In this document: positions 9,664 through 23,000 of the stretch, one piece after another
How positions within the stretch are numbered: position 1 is the stretch's first letter
How the letters are laid out: every line of letters starts with the position of its first letter
Assembly (NCBI GenBank): GCA_973895155.1
Contig: OZ316897.1
Coordinates: 14,631,375-14,695,374 of the forward strand
Origin: Marsupella aquatica
Taxonomy: Eukaryota; Plantae; Marchantiophyta
DNA length: 64,000 nucleotides
Direction: 5' to 3'
Notes under the pieces: generated by a model
Told to the model about the DNA's origin: nothing
The model's input: the letters and a program-made list of their open reading frames with translations, nothing else
Databases searched by the model: none
Program-made: the position numbers and the translations under genes

Positions 9664-10843
9664 AAATTGTGACTAATTGAGGCTCCTTTACTAGAATTCG
9701 GACGACTTGTGAAGTAGCCATTCCTCTGCATTCAACATTCGGACAACTTGTTAACTAGCTATGTTGCCACATTGGAAAAGAATAGTCCTCTTCGCGGAGT
9801 TTGTGGATTTGAGCCTTACTTTGTATAGACATAATCCGTTTAGAGGAATCTAAATCTGGAGCAACTTGGTAGAATTTGAGGGTCAAGGTTAGTTCTGAAT
9901 GTGCTCCACACATTGAGTTATGAATTAAATATAGCAGACTATGGGAGATCAGCCAAAGGCGGCCAATTTGATACCCGACTGCAGGAGCTTACTGCATCAA
10001 CTCAGCTGAGGACTGTAGTTCAACGCATACCTTGGATTGAATTTGAGTGTTTTGCAGTCGGACTTTGCTTAGATGGCACAATGACCACTTAGGATTATTA
10101 TAGTCTATGGGGCAATCTGAATGTTGATTGAACTTTCATCCCACTTAACCACTTATAGTAAAAGAGGGCAATTGATTGGAATGTGACACTTGGACTCCGA
10201 AGAATTTTCTGGGGAAGTCTCATTTTGCTTGGACTCCGAAGAATTTGCCGGGGGAGTCCCCTTCTGAACAAATGTGGTTTTATATCCAGACATGTGTCTC
10301 GTCTTTCTTGACTGCAAAGAACCTTATTAAGTTACTTGAAGGTGAGTGCCATTCAGGACAATCGGTTCAGATCGCAGCTTGGACCATGATGGGAATCGGT
10401 AAGGAACGCAGGGCTATCTGACCTTAATTTTGAGTGGACTTTGAGGCTGTACCATTCTTGTCTTATATTGAGCTGTATCAAGAAATGTCGGAAGAGAAAA
10501 AATTTCTCACTCTCATAGCGAAACTGGACTCTTTCACCCGTCAGTTTGTGTACTTCCAAGTCTTCAAGCTTCTGCTTCTGGACCCTACTTTTAGAGAGCG
10601 TTTTCAGTAAACTTACCACTTCCTGAACAGCTAGTACTGCTAAATGTGTCAAAACTAGATTCAAATCACGTCCTAGGAAATATACGCTTCGTCCTAGACG
10701 TATAAACTGTGGTGCTCACCTGCCTCCCATTGTTATCAAAGTCCCAAACCCATGACCTTGACAAAGATTCTGATATAGGGTGTAGACTGGCATAGCCTAT
10801 GGCATTCAATGTGTTGCCGTGAGTTTTTGTTCACAAATGAGGT

Positions 10844-11053
10844 TTTGTAGAGCACATTTGGTATGTCATACAACCATCCATTTGAGTAGTGTTTTTATTT
10901 AGATGCCAGTGTCCAATGCAAGAAAAAATTGGCCAGTCATGTGGGACCTTTGTAGAGCACATTTGGTATGTCATACAACCATCCATTTGAGCAGTGTTTT
11001 TATTTAGATGCCAGTGTCCAATGCGAGAACAAATTGGCCGGTCATGTGGGACC
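10844..11053. repeat. Near-perfect 105-bp tandem duplication
   Basis: 10844-10948 and 10949-11053 differ by only a few substitutions. Confidence 0.9.
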
Positions 11054-11912
11054 GGAGAAAAACAAATTTTGATTGTGTGAAGCGCACCTCACGTTGTTTC
11101 TGGGTTCTGAAAATTTAAAGTTAACAGTAAAAATAAAACTGTATAATGTGAATATGAAATCGATAGGGAGATGTAGAGGAGTAAACTAGACCAGACCAGA
11201 ATGGGGTAGGGGAGTTTAGGGTACATTTATATTGAATGTAAAGAGAAAATTGTTTACTAGAATAAATGGTACCCCATATTTAAATAATGCGCCTATTGAT
11301 CGATACCCAGGACAGAAAATATCCGTCGTCCTATCTTCTTTGCACTTCAACCGACGCAAGATGCTTGCCTTTTGGGGAACAAGGTAGTTGAAACGAATTC
11401 ACCCGTTAAAGAGAATAGATATTTAAAACTCCCAGCTCTAATTTACAACTACTACAAAAAACATTTGACTCTTACTAGAAGTTTTCTCATCGTCTAAAAT
11501 CTTAAAGTTTCCCTTCCCTGAAGCTCATATTGTTTTTCATTCCCCGCCCTCCCTCAAGCTTCCCCCCCCCTCTGAAGCTAGAGTTTTTTTTCTTCACCCC
11601 TGAAGGTGAGGTTTTTTTTCTTCCCCGAAAAAGCTGAACTTTTTTTTGCTTGCTTTGGTTTTTGCATTTTTTCTTCTCCCCCACTTTCACATTATGTACG
11701 GTTTACATCATGTGTGAAAAAAACTAGGATACAATGTACGAATTTGATGAAAAAAATCACCCATAGTTTAGGGAACCAATAGAGAGCTGGTAAATTCAGG
11801 CATGTACTTTGGCTGGTATTTGTCCCTGCAATACCCAAAATGCCGATCCGGTGAGGTTTAGGGTCTTTTCAGTACATTCAGAGTCCTTCTGTCGGCACAG
11901 GCCACCTTCATG

Positions 11913-11979
11913 GGGTACCCTCATTGATCAAAGTACCATCATTGATAAGCGTACCCTCATTGATAAGAGTACTACCCTC
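11913..11979. repeat. ~18-bp minisatellite (GTACCCTCATTGATAAGA), left part; continues at 17813-17910
   Basis: The same unit occurs on both sides of the copia insertion. Confidence 0.8.
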
Positions 11980-12275
11980 TGTAAGAAACCGTCGGCTCCG
12001 GACTAGACAGCAATGCGGAAACATGAGAGAGACTCATTCAGACGCTACACCAACGAGACACCCCGAGTGGAGAAACTCCTGAAGGCTCCATAGCAAATGA
12101 AAGTACATGTGAAGAATAAGGGAGAGAGTGCTCTCCCTCCAGCCTATACCCCCCAAGGGGGGCCAAGATGAGTGGGCCTAAACTAAGCGGATCTTATCCT
12201 AATGTAATCTAGGGTTAAAACTAACCCTAGTAAAGCCAAGCTAACTATGTCGGGAACTAGAGTCAATTCCTAACA
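11980..12275 (-). repeat. 3' LTR (296 bp)
   Basis: About 6 substitutions and 1 indel versus the 5' LTR, counted by eye. Confidence 0.95.
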
Positions 12276-12342
12276 ATCTCCACCTTGACTCAAGTTCACA
12301 GAATGAGTCAGGTGATATACAATATGTAACTAAGTAACATAT

Positions 12343-15300
12343 TTACATAGTCACTGGTTGGGCCCTAACATTAATAATATCCACACAATGACTAAAGCTA
12401 CTGGTAGGTAAAACTTTGGTAAACATGTCTGTCGCATTCTCCTCTGAAGCCACCTTCTCCAGAAACATCTGCTTCGTCTCAATCACCTCACGGATGAAGT
12501 GATAACGAATATCAATGTGCTTTGTCCTGGCATGGAACACAGGGTTCTTAGCCAGATGCAAAGCACTTTGACTGTCGCACAGCAGCACCGGTCTTTCAGG
12601 TGAAAGACCCAGATCACTCACCAATCTCCGTAGCCAGATCAGCTCCTTGGTTGCCTCACATGCAGCCATGTACTCAGCCTCAGTAGTAGACAACGCAACA
12701 CAAGATTGAGTTGCCGACTTCCAGCTGATACAACCTCCACCCAACATAAACACATAGCCTGTAGTAGACTTCCTGTCATCCAAGTTACCAGCATAATCTG
12801 AATCTACAAAACCTTCCAACTCTAATGTAGAGTCTGCTTTACCGTCAAATAAGATCCCACAATCTAAGGTACCTTTCAGATACCGCAAAACCCACTTCAT
12901 TGCTTCCCAGTGAAGCTTACCAGGATTTGCCATAAATTTGCTCAAAATGCTAACAGCGTGGGCAATGTTAGGTCTAGTGCATGTCATTGCATACATCAAA
13001 ATACCCACAACACTATCATAGGGAACATGTTTCATCACCAGTCTATCACTCTCACTAGAAGGGCAATCATTCTTTGAGAGTTTAAAGTGGGAGGCCAATG
13101 GAGTACCAACTGGTTTTGCATTCTCCATTCCATACTTGGCAAGTACCTTCTCCAAATACTGCCTCTGAGACAACCATAATTGCCTTTGCTCCCTGTCATG
13201 ATGAATCTCCATCCCTAGTATCTTCTTGGCCTGACCCAAGTCCTTCATTGAAAACTCCTTACTCAGCATTGCTTTCAAATGGGCAACATCAGACTTATTC
13301 TCAGCCAGGATCAGCATGTCATCCACGTACAATGCCAGCACAATGTAACCAAAGCGTGAGTAATTCTCCACCTCCTTCATGTAAATACAACAATCATGTT
13401 CACTTCGTGTGAACCCCTGAGATAACATGAAGGAATCAAAACGCTTATTCCACTCTCTAGGACTCTGCTTCAATCCGTATAACGAGCACAAGAGCTTACA
13501 CACCAAGTGTCTGGTCTTCTCATCAATAAAACCTGGAGGCTGAGTCATATAAATCTCCACATCAAGCAATCCATGCAGGAAAGCAGTAATTACATCCATC
13601 TGATCTAACTCAAGATCATAGAATGTCACAATCGCAAGTAAAACACGGATAGTAGCAAGTTTGACAACTGGTGAGAAAATCTCCGTGTAGTCCAAGCCCT
13701 TCTTCTGGGTGTACCCTTTGGCCACAAGGCGTGCCATCCTGCTTCTTCTTGTACAACCATCTACACGGAACCAGTGTTTTCCCGCGAGGCATGTCAGTTA
13801 AGCGCCAAGTTGAATTCTTCTTCAAAGAATTCATCTCCTTCAACATCGCCTCCAACCACTTATCCTTCTCTGGAGAGGCCATAGCTTCTTCATAGCTAGA
13901 GGGGTCTCCATCTTTAGTAAGCAAAACAACACCGGGATCATCGTCATGTTCAACAATGTGAACACGAGGATTTGCAAAACCAAATCTATCAGGGGGTTGG
14001 CCAAAATTGGCCCTGGTGGAGCGCCTTGGTTGAGGAATTTCTCCTCTACCAGAGGGACTAGCAGCTTCCTCATCACCACCAAGCTCCACCGTAGTGGGTT
14101 CCTCCACCTGTTCCTCCTGAATATCCCGGGGTCTTGACAACCATTCTTTGTCAAAAACAACATTTCTGCTCAGAACTGCCTTGCAATCGATAGGATCCCA
14201 CAATTTATAGCCCTTCTGCCCAGGACTAAAGCCTAGAAAAATATGTTTCTTAGACTTGGGATCCAACTTAGATCTGTGTGTCTGCTCAATGTGAACATAG
14301 GCAGCACAACCAAAAACTCGGAGTCTAGAGTAATCAGCAGGTCTCTTATACCACAACTCAAATGGAGTCTGCATCAACTTACTACTATGCGGTGACAGAT
14401 TGTAGACGTATGCAACTTGGTTGATAGCTTCAGCCCAAAAGTTGTTGGGTAACTTGGACTTACATAGCATGCTGCGTGCTTTCTCCAGTAATGTCCGATT
14501 CAACGGTTCTGCAACTCCATTCTGCTGCGGGGTCTCCGGTACAGTGTAATGACGCTTGAGGCCAAGGTCCCGACCAAATTGATCAAACTCATTGGACTTA
14601 TACTCGCCACCGTTATCGGACCAAACACACTTCAACTCCTTCCCAGTTTGTAGCTCTACCATGGCTTTCCACTCCTTGAAGATCTCAAAGACTTGAGACT
14701 TTTCCTTCATGTAGTACAGCCAACACATTTGAGAGTAATCATCTACAAACGTCACAAAATATCTGGCTCCACCCAACGACGGCTCCGGCGCTGGACCCCA
14801 AACATCCGAATGTACATACTCAAGAATCTCATGAGAATGGTATGAACTAGAACTGAAACTCACTCTCCTCTGCTTGCCGAAGATGCAATCTTCACAGAAA
14901 GAGAGTTTACCAGATTGAGCGCCTTGCAGCAAATCTCTGTTTGCCAAGGCTGCCAATCCTTTACCACTCAAGTGCCCCAACCGTGCATGCCACAAATCTA
15001 TGGCTTGTGTGCGACCAGATGTTGAGGGTGCTTCAATTGAAGTAGCCGTAGATGACTCGATAGCAGGTGTTGCCGCTGCATCCGAACGTTCCACCACGGA
15101 ATCCACATGCTCCACTCTAGGAGCAATGACATCGCCTTCCAAGATGTACAAATTATTCTGCCGTAGCGCTTTAATCAAAGATACATCATCTTTGACGACA
15201 AAGAGCGCACCATCACGTGTAGTGAAATGAGATCCACCAGCTTCCAAAGCACCAAGAGAAATCAAATTCTTAGAGATGTCTGGTATGTGTCTGACTTGCG

Positions 15301-16348
15301 TCAGTGCTCGCACAACACCATCAAACATCCAGAATTTGATAGTCCCCATGCCAACAATCGCACATCGGACTCCATTTCTGATTTCCACAGTACCGGTACA
15401 AGGTTGGTAAGTGAAGAAATACGATTGCGTTGGACACACGTGATAAGAGGAACCCGAATCCAACATCCATTTATTGTCATACACAAAATTCACAGCACCA
15501 ATACATAGCACTTCAACAGCATCCCCATTATCAGCAATCACAATACCAGCTGACGATGAGGATGCACCATTGGAAGCAAGACGCTTCTGCTTCGATAGAG
15601 AAGGACAATTCCACTTGGTGTGGCCCTTCTCATGGCAATGCCAACACTGAAATTTCTTACTACGGGACTTAGATTTAGATGTACTGTGTGATTTAGATCT
15701 AGACTGATTCGTAGTACGCTCCGTCGATCTGCCTCTAACCACTAAGGCAACAGACTCATTATCACGGCCAGAAAGTTGTCGCTTGCCCCATTCTGCAAGA
15801 ACGGTAGCCTTCACCTCATCCAACTTCAACTTAGAATTGTCATGTGTGATGACCGTTACCAACGTTGAATAGCTCTGAGGAAGCGACATCAACAAATGCA
15901 TTGCAAGATACTCATCGGTCAACTTGTCTCCTGCCGTGACCACCTCGTGCACAATCTCATCAAAGAGACTGAGGTGATCACGCATGTTGCCACCATCCTT
16001 CAACTTCAACCTGAACAGCCGCTCCAAGTGATAAATGCGAGTAGTCAATGAAGTACTCTGGTAGAGCTGAGTAAGCATATCCCAGATCTTCTTGGCGTTA
16101 CGATCCATTCCCAACACGTTCTTGAGAATGTTGTTTGCCAAGAACAACTCAATTGTGCTACACGCCTGCACCGACATGTCCTCCCACTCCTCATCTGTTA
16201 GATTCGAGGGTTTCACTCCAGTGAGGGTCTTCTCAAGACCCTACTGGATCAACACATTGGTCACCTTTCGAGTCCAGAGGCTGAAGCTAACCTTCCCGTC
16301 AAACTTCTCCACCTCAAACTTTGGCGCCGCAAGCTTTCTTGAAGTCAT
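12343..16348 (-). pseudogene. Copia gag-pol polyprotein with a premature stop (~16243) and a frameshift (~13737)
   Basis: MTSRKLAAPKFEVEKFDG…IQ*GL…; ORFs 13616..16216 (gag, PR, integrase) and 12343..13737 (RT YVDD, RNase H) are in different frames. Confidence 0.9.
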
Positions 16349-17517
16349 TGATGCTGCCACAAACACACAGGAAACACAACCAAAATACCTCCACCCAAAA
16401 AGTCACCAAAAAATGAAAGTTGGTGAAAGTGGAAATGGAATGCACCGCCGCGTAGCCTGCAAGGTACACTACCAAGATCTGAAAATGATTTGGCAAAAAA
16501 CTTCTCCAGCGAAAACTGATTCAACCCAGACCGGAGGGGGGTCAAAATGGCCGTTTTGACCCCCGTCGGGTATTTTAGGTCCCGAAAAAATTCCGCAATA
16601 GTTAGATGCAAATCGATTTCACAGGCCCGTGCTCAACTCCCTTGAGTATCCCCTTGCAAAGCTGTGCAAAAACACCTGTCCCCTCTCCCCCTCTTCAATG
16701 CTCATAGGGCCTTGTGCCCAAAGAAAATGACTCCCGTAAGAAGGGAGCACAAATCCTTCCCTTCCCACTTAATGCAGTACTTTCAAGTACTGCACCTGCA
16801 GGTACAGTTGTACCTGCTCAGACCTTAGGCCCTGCAGGAAAATACTCCCGTGAGGAGGGAGCTCCCTCTCCCCACTGTACCTGCGGGTACAGTTGTACCC
16901 CGTCCACCTGCTTGTGCCTTTGGCCTTGTACCGCCACGTACAGGCGTACATATGATGGGGCTTGTACAGTCGCCCTGGTAGTCCTCTCGTACTTTCTCCT
17001 GCCGTTCCGCCAAAAAATGTTGCGCAGCGGCGACCAGGACAGAAAAGCCCAACAAGCAAAATTTTGCAACTTTGGCTTACAAAAACTTGACTTTTAACAA
17101 GAAGGAAAATGGCCCCTCTGGCCCCACAACGAGAAGAGTCGAAACAAAAAACAAAGCATAACCTAGAGCATCAAGCTCTTAACAGCAAACTCAAAATGAG
17201 ATTACTCCGCACTCGAAAAACAAAAAGTAATGAAACTTTCGCCAGAACTTAGTGCATACCAACGTGCATAAAAGATCGTTGGACTGTACACCCAACAATC
17301 CCTTCAGAAAAACACAGTGACACATCCAACACTTCAGAGAAGTTACAATTGGAAAACCGTCACCCCTTCTGAACACAAATCCTTCAATGTGAAACGACCA
17401 GTGAAACGATCACGCAACCGTCAACGACGATTCAATCTTTCACCACGATCCAACACAATGATCGCTCTCACCACTGCCCAGACCACCGAACCACGAACAC
17501 GAGGCTCTGATACCACT

Positions 17518-17812
17518 TGTAAGAAACCGTCGGCTCCGGACTAGACAACAATGCGGAAACATGAGAGAGACTCATTCAGATGCTACACCAACGAGACACC
17601 CCGAGTGGAGAAACTCCTGAACGATCCATAGCAAATGAAAGTACATGTGAAGAATAAGGGAGAGAGTGCTCTCCCTCCAGCCTATACCCCCCAAGGGGGC
17701 CAAGATGAGTGGGCCTAAACTAAGCGGATCTTATCCTAATGTAATCTAGGGTTAAAACTAACCCTAGTAAGACCAAGCTAACTATGTCGGGAACTAGAGT
17801 CAATTCCTAACA
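17518..17812 (-). repeat. 5' LTR (295 bp)
   Basis: Direct repeat of 11980-12275, followed on the minus strand by the PBS. Confidence 0.95.
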
Positions 17813-20062
17813 CCCTCATGCACAAGGGTACCCTCAGGGAGATAAGAGTACCCTCATTGATCAAAGTATCATCATTGATAAGAGTACCTTCACTGATTAG
17901 AGTACCTTTATGCTAATGCAAGGCCAGCCAGAACTCTTGGCAACAGACGGGGCCTGCCGGCCATAAAGTATCCGGCGGAAGGAAGTCAAATTTCACGGAG
18001 TCCTACTAATAATGATGGAACAGGTGGATTAATTTCTGGCGGGCCTCTCCATTGGCCCCCTCAACTAACTCTGTAGTTTGTTTTTCCCAACTCAGTAAAG
18101 AATGATTTTTTCCGCACACTTAAAGTTTCAGTTGTGCACATGATTTCCTGCGTTGCCAAATTTTTTGCACCAACCCGTGAGACAAAATTTTTTGCACTGT
18201 TTCGTCCGATGTGATAACTCCAGTCCAGAGGTGTGCTTTAGGAAATATTTTGCACCGGACCAGATATTTCTTGTCTTGTAGTACCCAGTCAAAAATGTTC
18301 GCAACATAGGTATCGCGAGATGCGATAGGAAATTTGTCGCACAGGTTTTGCCATACCAAAATTTTTGCACAGGGGACATGCATGTGCGTACCTGCTGTCA
18401 TATAAATGTTTTTGCACCAGATATTCCTCATGTTTTTTTTGTGCCCTACCATAAAAGTAAAGATTACAAAAACAAATACCATTGATTTTATCCTAAATTC
18501 TACCTCTTGTGTTGGATGTGCATTTTGTTGGGCATAGGAAAGGCGAGGAGAGTTTTTTCAGTCTAGACAGTACACTGTGGTGAAAATATGATATTTCAGG
18601 TGCGAGAAATATATGTGCTGGTAAATGTGTTCCCATTCCAACAAATGACAGAGCTTGTTGTTATGTTCACCGAAAACAAGAGAGTAAATAGGTTAACCCT
18701 CCAAAATAGAGGGATGCAACAAAAAAAATTCTAAACCCTAAACATTGGCGTGTAAAGTAGTGTTTTGCGCCCAGCTGTACGACATAACAAATGTGTTGCA
18801 TGTACGACACTTCAAATTGTGGCCAAGGCCAAATACTCACGGCAACATGTTGGATGCCATAACAGCCACCATATGTTCCTAATAAATCTCTAAAAGAACC
18901 TAAAGTTGGGTCTATTCTTCTAGAGTGAGCCCTCTAGATACCTTTAGGGCCCAGCCAAATTTATGTCCATGTAATGAAGGGTGACATTATATATGTCGAA
19001 AACGATGGCCATGTGTGATGATTTTTGTTGTCATGGCTATTCACATCCAGGCTCATAGGGACTAAATCTTCAAAATTCTCACATTTGTCACATTCCAATC
19101 ATTGCCCTCTTTACTATACCAGTTTCCTGAACCATTTTATCACAGTTCTCCAGTGAATGGCCCACTCCCCCCTCTCACCCCTCCCCGCCTACCCCCAAGA
19201 TCATTGAAACATTAAATCCCCGTGTCTTCACGAAGAACTTGTAGCATATATGGAAGAAATGTCAGAAACTTCTGCCTTTTTTCACCTTCCAGTCATTACC
19301 GTCCTCTGCTACGCCAAAATCCTCCAGACTGTGGGACAAAGCGCCTATAAAATGTTTCAAACTGGTGGATCCAGGTTTGATAAGGGACTGGCGCTTTTAA
19401 GTTCTGTTAAGAAATGACGGGACAAGAAAATAGGACACAGAAAAGTAATGGAGGTTTCGAACGAATAGAGTTGTCGTGAGTATAATAATACTAATGTACA
19501 TTTTCTAAATGTCAGTAGTCCAAGATGGGCACTCATTATGAAACGAGTACACATGAACTCCACTAGATTTACAATTAAGTCAACATCCAACTTGAAAGAA
19601 ATGTACACCAATTGAGTTTATCTGCACCAAGAGTCCCCATGAAGCTCAACCAAGATCAAGTCCCCATGAAGGTTTTGTTAATTTTGTTCGTGACAAAATG
19701 AGTGTTACAGAATTTTGTTGGTGACACTACCCACATGAATCACTCCAACCCAGTTTTCGAAAGTTTTCGATTTTCCATTTACTTAACTCACTTGGCCTCA
19801 TGAACAGAGATAATTAAAGTCATTTCCAAAGACTTACCTCTCAAAACATTTTGTCCTTTGAATTATTAATTGGAAGAAACAGAACCAGTCGAAGAAGCCG
19901 ACCTCTGTTGCAAATTTGCCCCAAATTAGCTGTCAAAGAACGAGTAAGACTGACTTTTATGATAGGTTTGAAACCCTCTGTAACACAGACTTTCATGATA
20001 GATTTAAAACCCTCTGTACAGTAAGGATGAATCCAAAGCAAGTAGATTTTCCATTCTGCTTT

Positions 20063-23000
20063 TCAGGCTGCTGGAAAGCCAGATTGGCTGTCTAGGAGAG
20101 AACTAGAAGCATCGTCTAAAATTACTGCCCCCGTCCCAGGTCTTGAACAGATAAGATATCCAAGCTCCCCTTTTGTTCGCTGACAGTTGACACCATTCCA
20201 TTCAGTAGGAGTGGGGAGTGCTTCAATGTCTTCTACGGACTTAATTCCAGCTAGTTGTAGAATGCTTTGATCTCCCACGACGTAACTGCAAGACCAGCGA
20301 GAGGTTGCAGAGCTGATGTTAATTTGCAGACGTCCAGCCAGCGGATCAAAAAAAATTGCTTCCTTGCTCTCATGCATTTTACAATTATGCAGCAGTCCCC
20401 GAGTGGTACAGGTTGGTAAACAGAAACGCACCTTGAGAAGTCAGCTTCAGGCGCTGGAGGGAAAACATACAAGAGACGCTGCAACAAAGCTGTGGCAGCC
20501 TTCTCATTGGGTGCAAATAGGACCGCATTTGGCCCAGCATCGAACGTATATGCAGCCTGCAAAGTGCCAAAGAATCTTCAATTCATTGGTCCTGTCCCAA
20601 GGACCAAATAGAACTGAAAAACGCTCCAAGACGAGTCGTCACAAAGACTCGTCAGCAGCCATAAGATCAAATGTTTACTATTGATGGAAAACTTAATCAA
20701 ACCCTGAATCGTTGTCCATGCACCAGAAGACCATGGTCAGAAGAAGTGTGCATACCTGAGGAGTTTTCTCGTGACTGTTCCAGCGCTCAACAAGACCAAT
20801 AAGTCTAAGAACAAAACAAGGAAAAGCAACATCAGACCAGAACCCTTCTTGAAAACAAATACCAGCTAGTCGTACAGAAAGCAGTCCTGCATGAAGTACC
20901 AGCATCTACTATAAGAAGATACCTGCGTGAAGTATCGTTCATGTAGAAAATCGGAGGATATGTATCAAGACAGGTAGCATGGAACTGATTGCTATCAGCA
21001 CAGCTGATTTTTGCAAATGCTGCAAAATCACGATTCTTTATGGCTTCCTCCATCTGTGCTATGCGCTTGGGAACTACTGTCTGTCCACCCAGTAACCGAG
21101 ACATGATCAGAAGAAACGCACAAATAAAGTCTCTCATAAACAAAAATAACAGGGATCTTCCATCACTTCCCACATCTGCGCTCAAATAACATACTCGGTT
21201 TGTAACAAAGATTCCCAGATCAAATAACCTGGATTGTATCTGCTTCAGGACAGCTCATTCACCTACTTGCAGAACAAGCACTTGAGCTATTGAAATGAAG
21301 TGTTTGCTAAGACGGCGGAGGATGGATTAATCCAGAATTGAAGTGTCAAAAGAGAAGAAAATACCTCAGCTCTGTACTTTAGAAGAGGGCTTGTTCGCAC
21401 ACTCTCCTGCATACCTGCAGTGCTGCTAGTCTCTTTTTGACGCGAGCTCACCTACGTTGTCCACACGATTGCAAGTTCAAAAAGTATATACCGTGCTTTC
21501 ATTGAATGCATTCTGAAGTCAACAAGAAATCTGAAGAACATATACTAACAAACCATACGGGGGCTGAGCCTTACCACTGCAATAAGAATAACCAGGTCCT
21601 TCCAGTGATCTTCTCCAAAAAGCTGTGTTGCCACGCTATCTCTCCCATCGTCCTCCTTGCTTCTCCGAAAATCACAATGGCATCAGAATACCTGTTGTCT
21701 TGAAGAGAAACCAGAGTACCTGCTCTAAAACAATGTACTACAGAGATTCTAAATCAGATGGAAAACCCAAAAGCAGTTGTAACGGATATACCTGTCCCAT
21801 AGTCCACTTAACATATCCACCGTATAAGCTGCGGCAGGCACTTCCTGAACCAAGCCTTCAATACCATAAGACCATCACTAAGTTAGTCTAGATATCGTAC
21901 AAAACGATCCAGTTGCCTTTGAAGGCGCTACTCAAAACTTTGACCAAAGTGGATGCCCTGTTTAGAAGAGCTTGGTGATTTGTGTCACATGTTAATGTTA
22001 TCGCTTACACTTTTGGTCCAAGAAATTCGTTGGCATCCAATGGAAACTGATCCAAAACTTTATTTTAAGCGTCAAACATCGGTATCAAGATCCATCGAAC
22101 AATCGGAGATAAAGAGTAGAGTCAGGATCAATGGGAAATACCGAGCAATTGAAGACAATTCTCCTTGATAGGACTCCTTCGCTCCCATTAGGTTTGCAAG
22201 CCCATAAACTGGAGTTTGAACATGACATTCTCACTGTCAGCATAGAGCACATGAGAGCTGTAGTTGAAATCCTAGTCATTCAATTTCCCGTTTGAACATG
22301 ACATTCTCGCTGTGAACACAGACCACCTAAGCACTGTGAAATCCCTGTCATTCAATTCCACGTCTTCAAAACCAGTACAATCACGACACAGAGACTAGCA
22401 ATAGATACGATGAACGGTCTTCCACCAGCTTGCTAAAATGTTCTCGCAAATAGAGGCACGGCCACCAAAGGCATTTTAGAAGTATAAGACTCGAAGTGTT
22501 TATAATGAGTAAACAAGGGACAGAGGCAAGACCTAAGCATGCAAACCCGGCAGCTGAAGAAGCGAGGCCAGCAGCCGTGGGAAAGTTATTCTTTGATGCA
22601 ACATGGACTTTCAATTTCTGCCAGTCTTCCTTCTTCACGACAAGACCAGTCTTCTCGTCCACCACATCTGTCGCTCTGGCACGGATCTGCTTCAAGCAGT
22701 TCTTATACCTTTCACTCTCCATGGACACCTCCTGCCACAACCGCACCCATTCCCTTACCGATCAGAGAATAGTATTCATGACATGTTCTGCCTGTGCTGA
22801 AATTCTCAAAAGGACAAAGAAAACGCAGGCCTCCTCCAATTCCCGGGAGCCGAATCAACCTCACAGTGGATGTAGAATTAGAATAAAATCTCACGTCATC
22901 AAAAACAAACTCACACTGGATGCATAAAGACTGCACGTAGCAAAATCAATTACGCAATGTTAAAATATGGGCACCTCCCAATGAACGTACTTTGTGTCCC

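Larger units (their letters stand above)
11980..17812 (-). mobile_element. Full-length Ty1/copia LTR retrotransposon, coding-defective
   Basis: LTRs 17518-17812 and 11980-12275 (TG…CA). 5-bp TSD CCCTC (11975-11979 / 17813-17817). tRNA-iMet PBS TGGTATCAGAGC at 17504-17515 and PPT next to 12276. Domain order gag(CCHC)-PR(LDSG)-IN-RT-RH. Confidence 0.98.
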
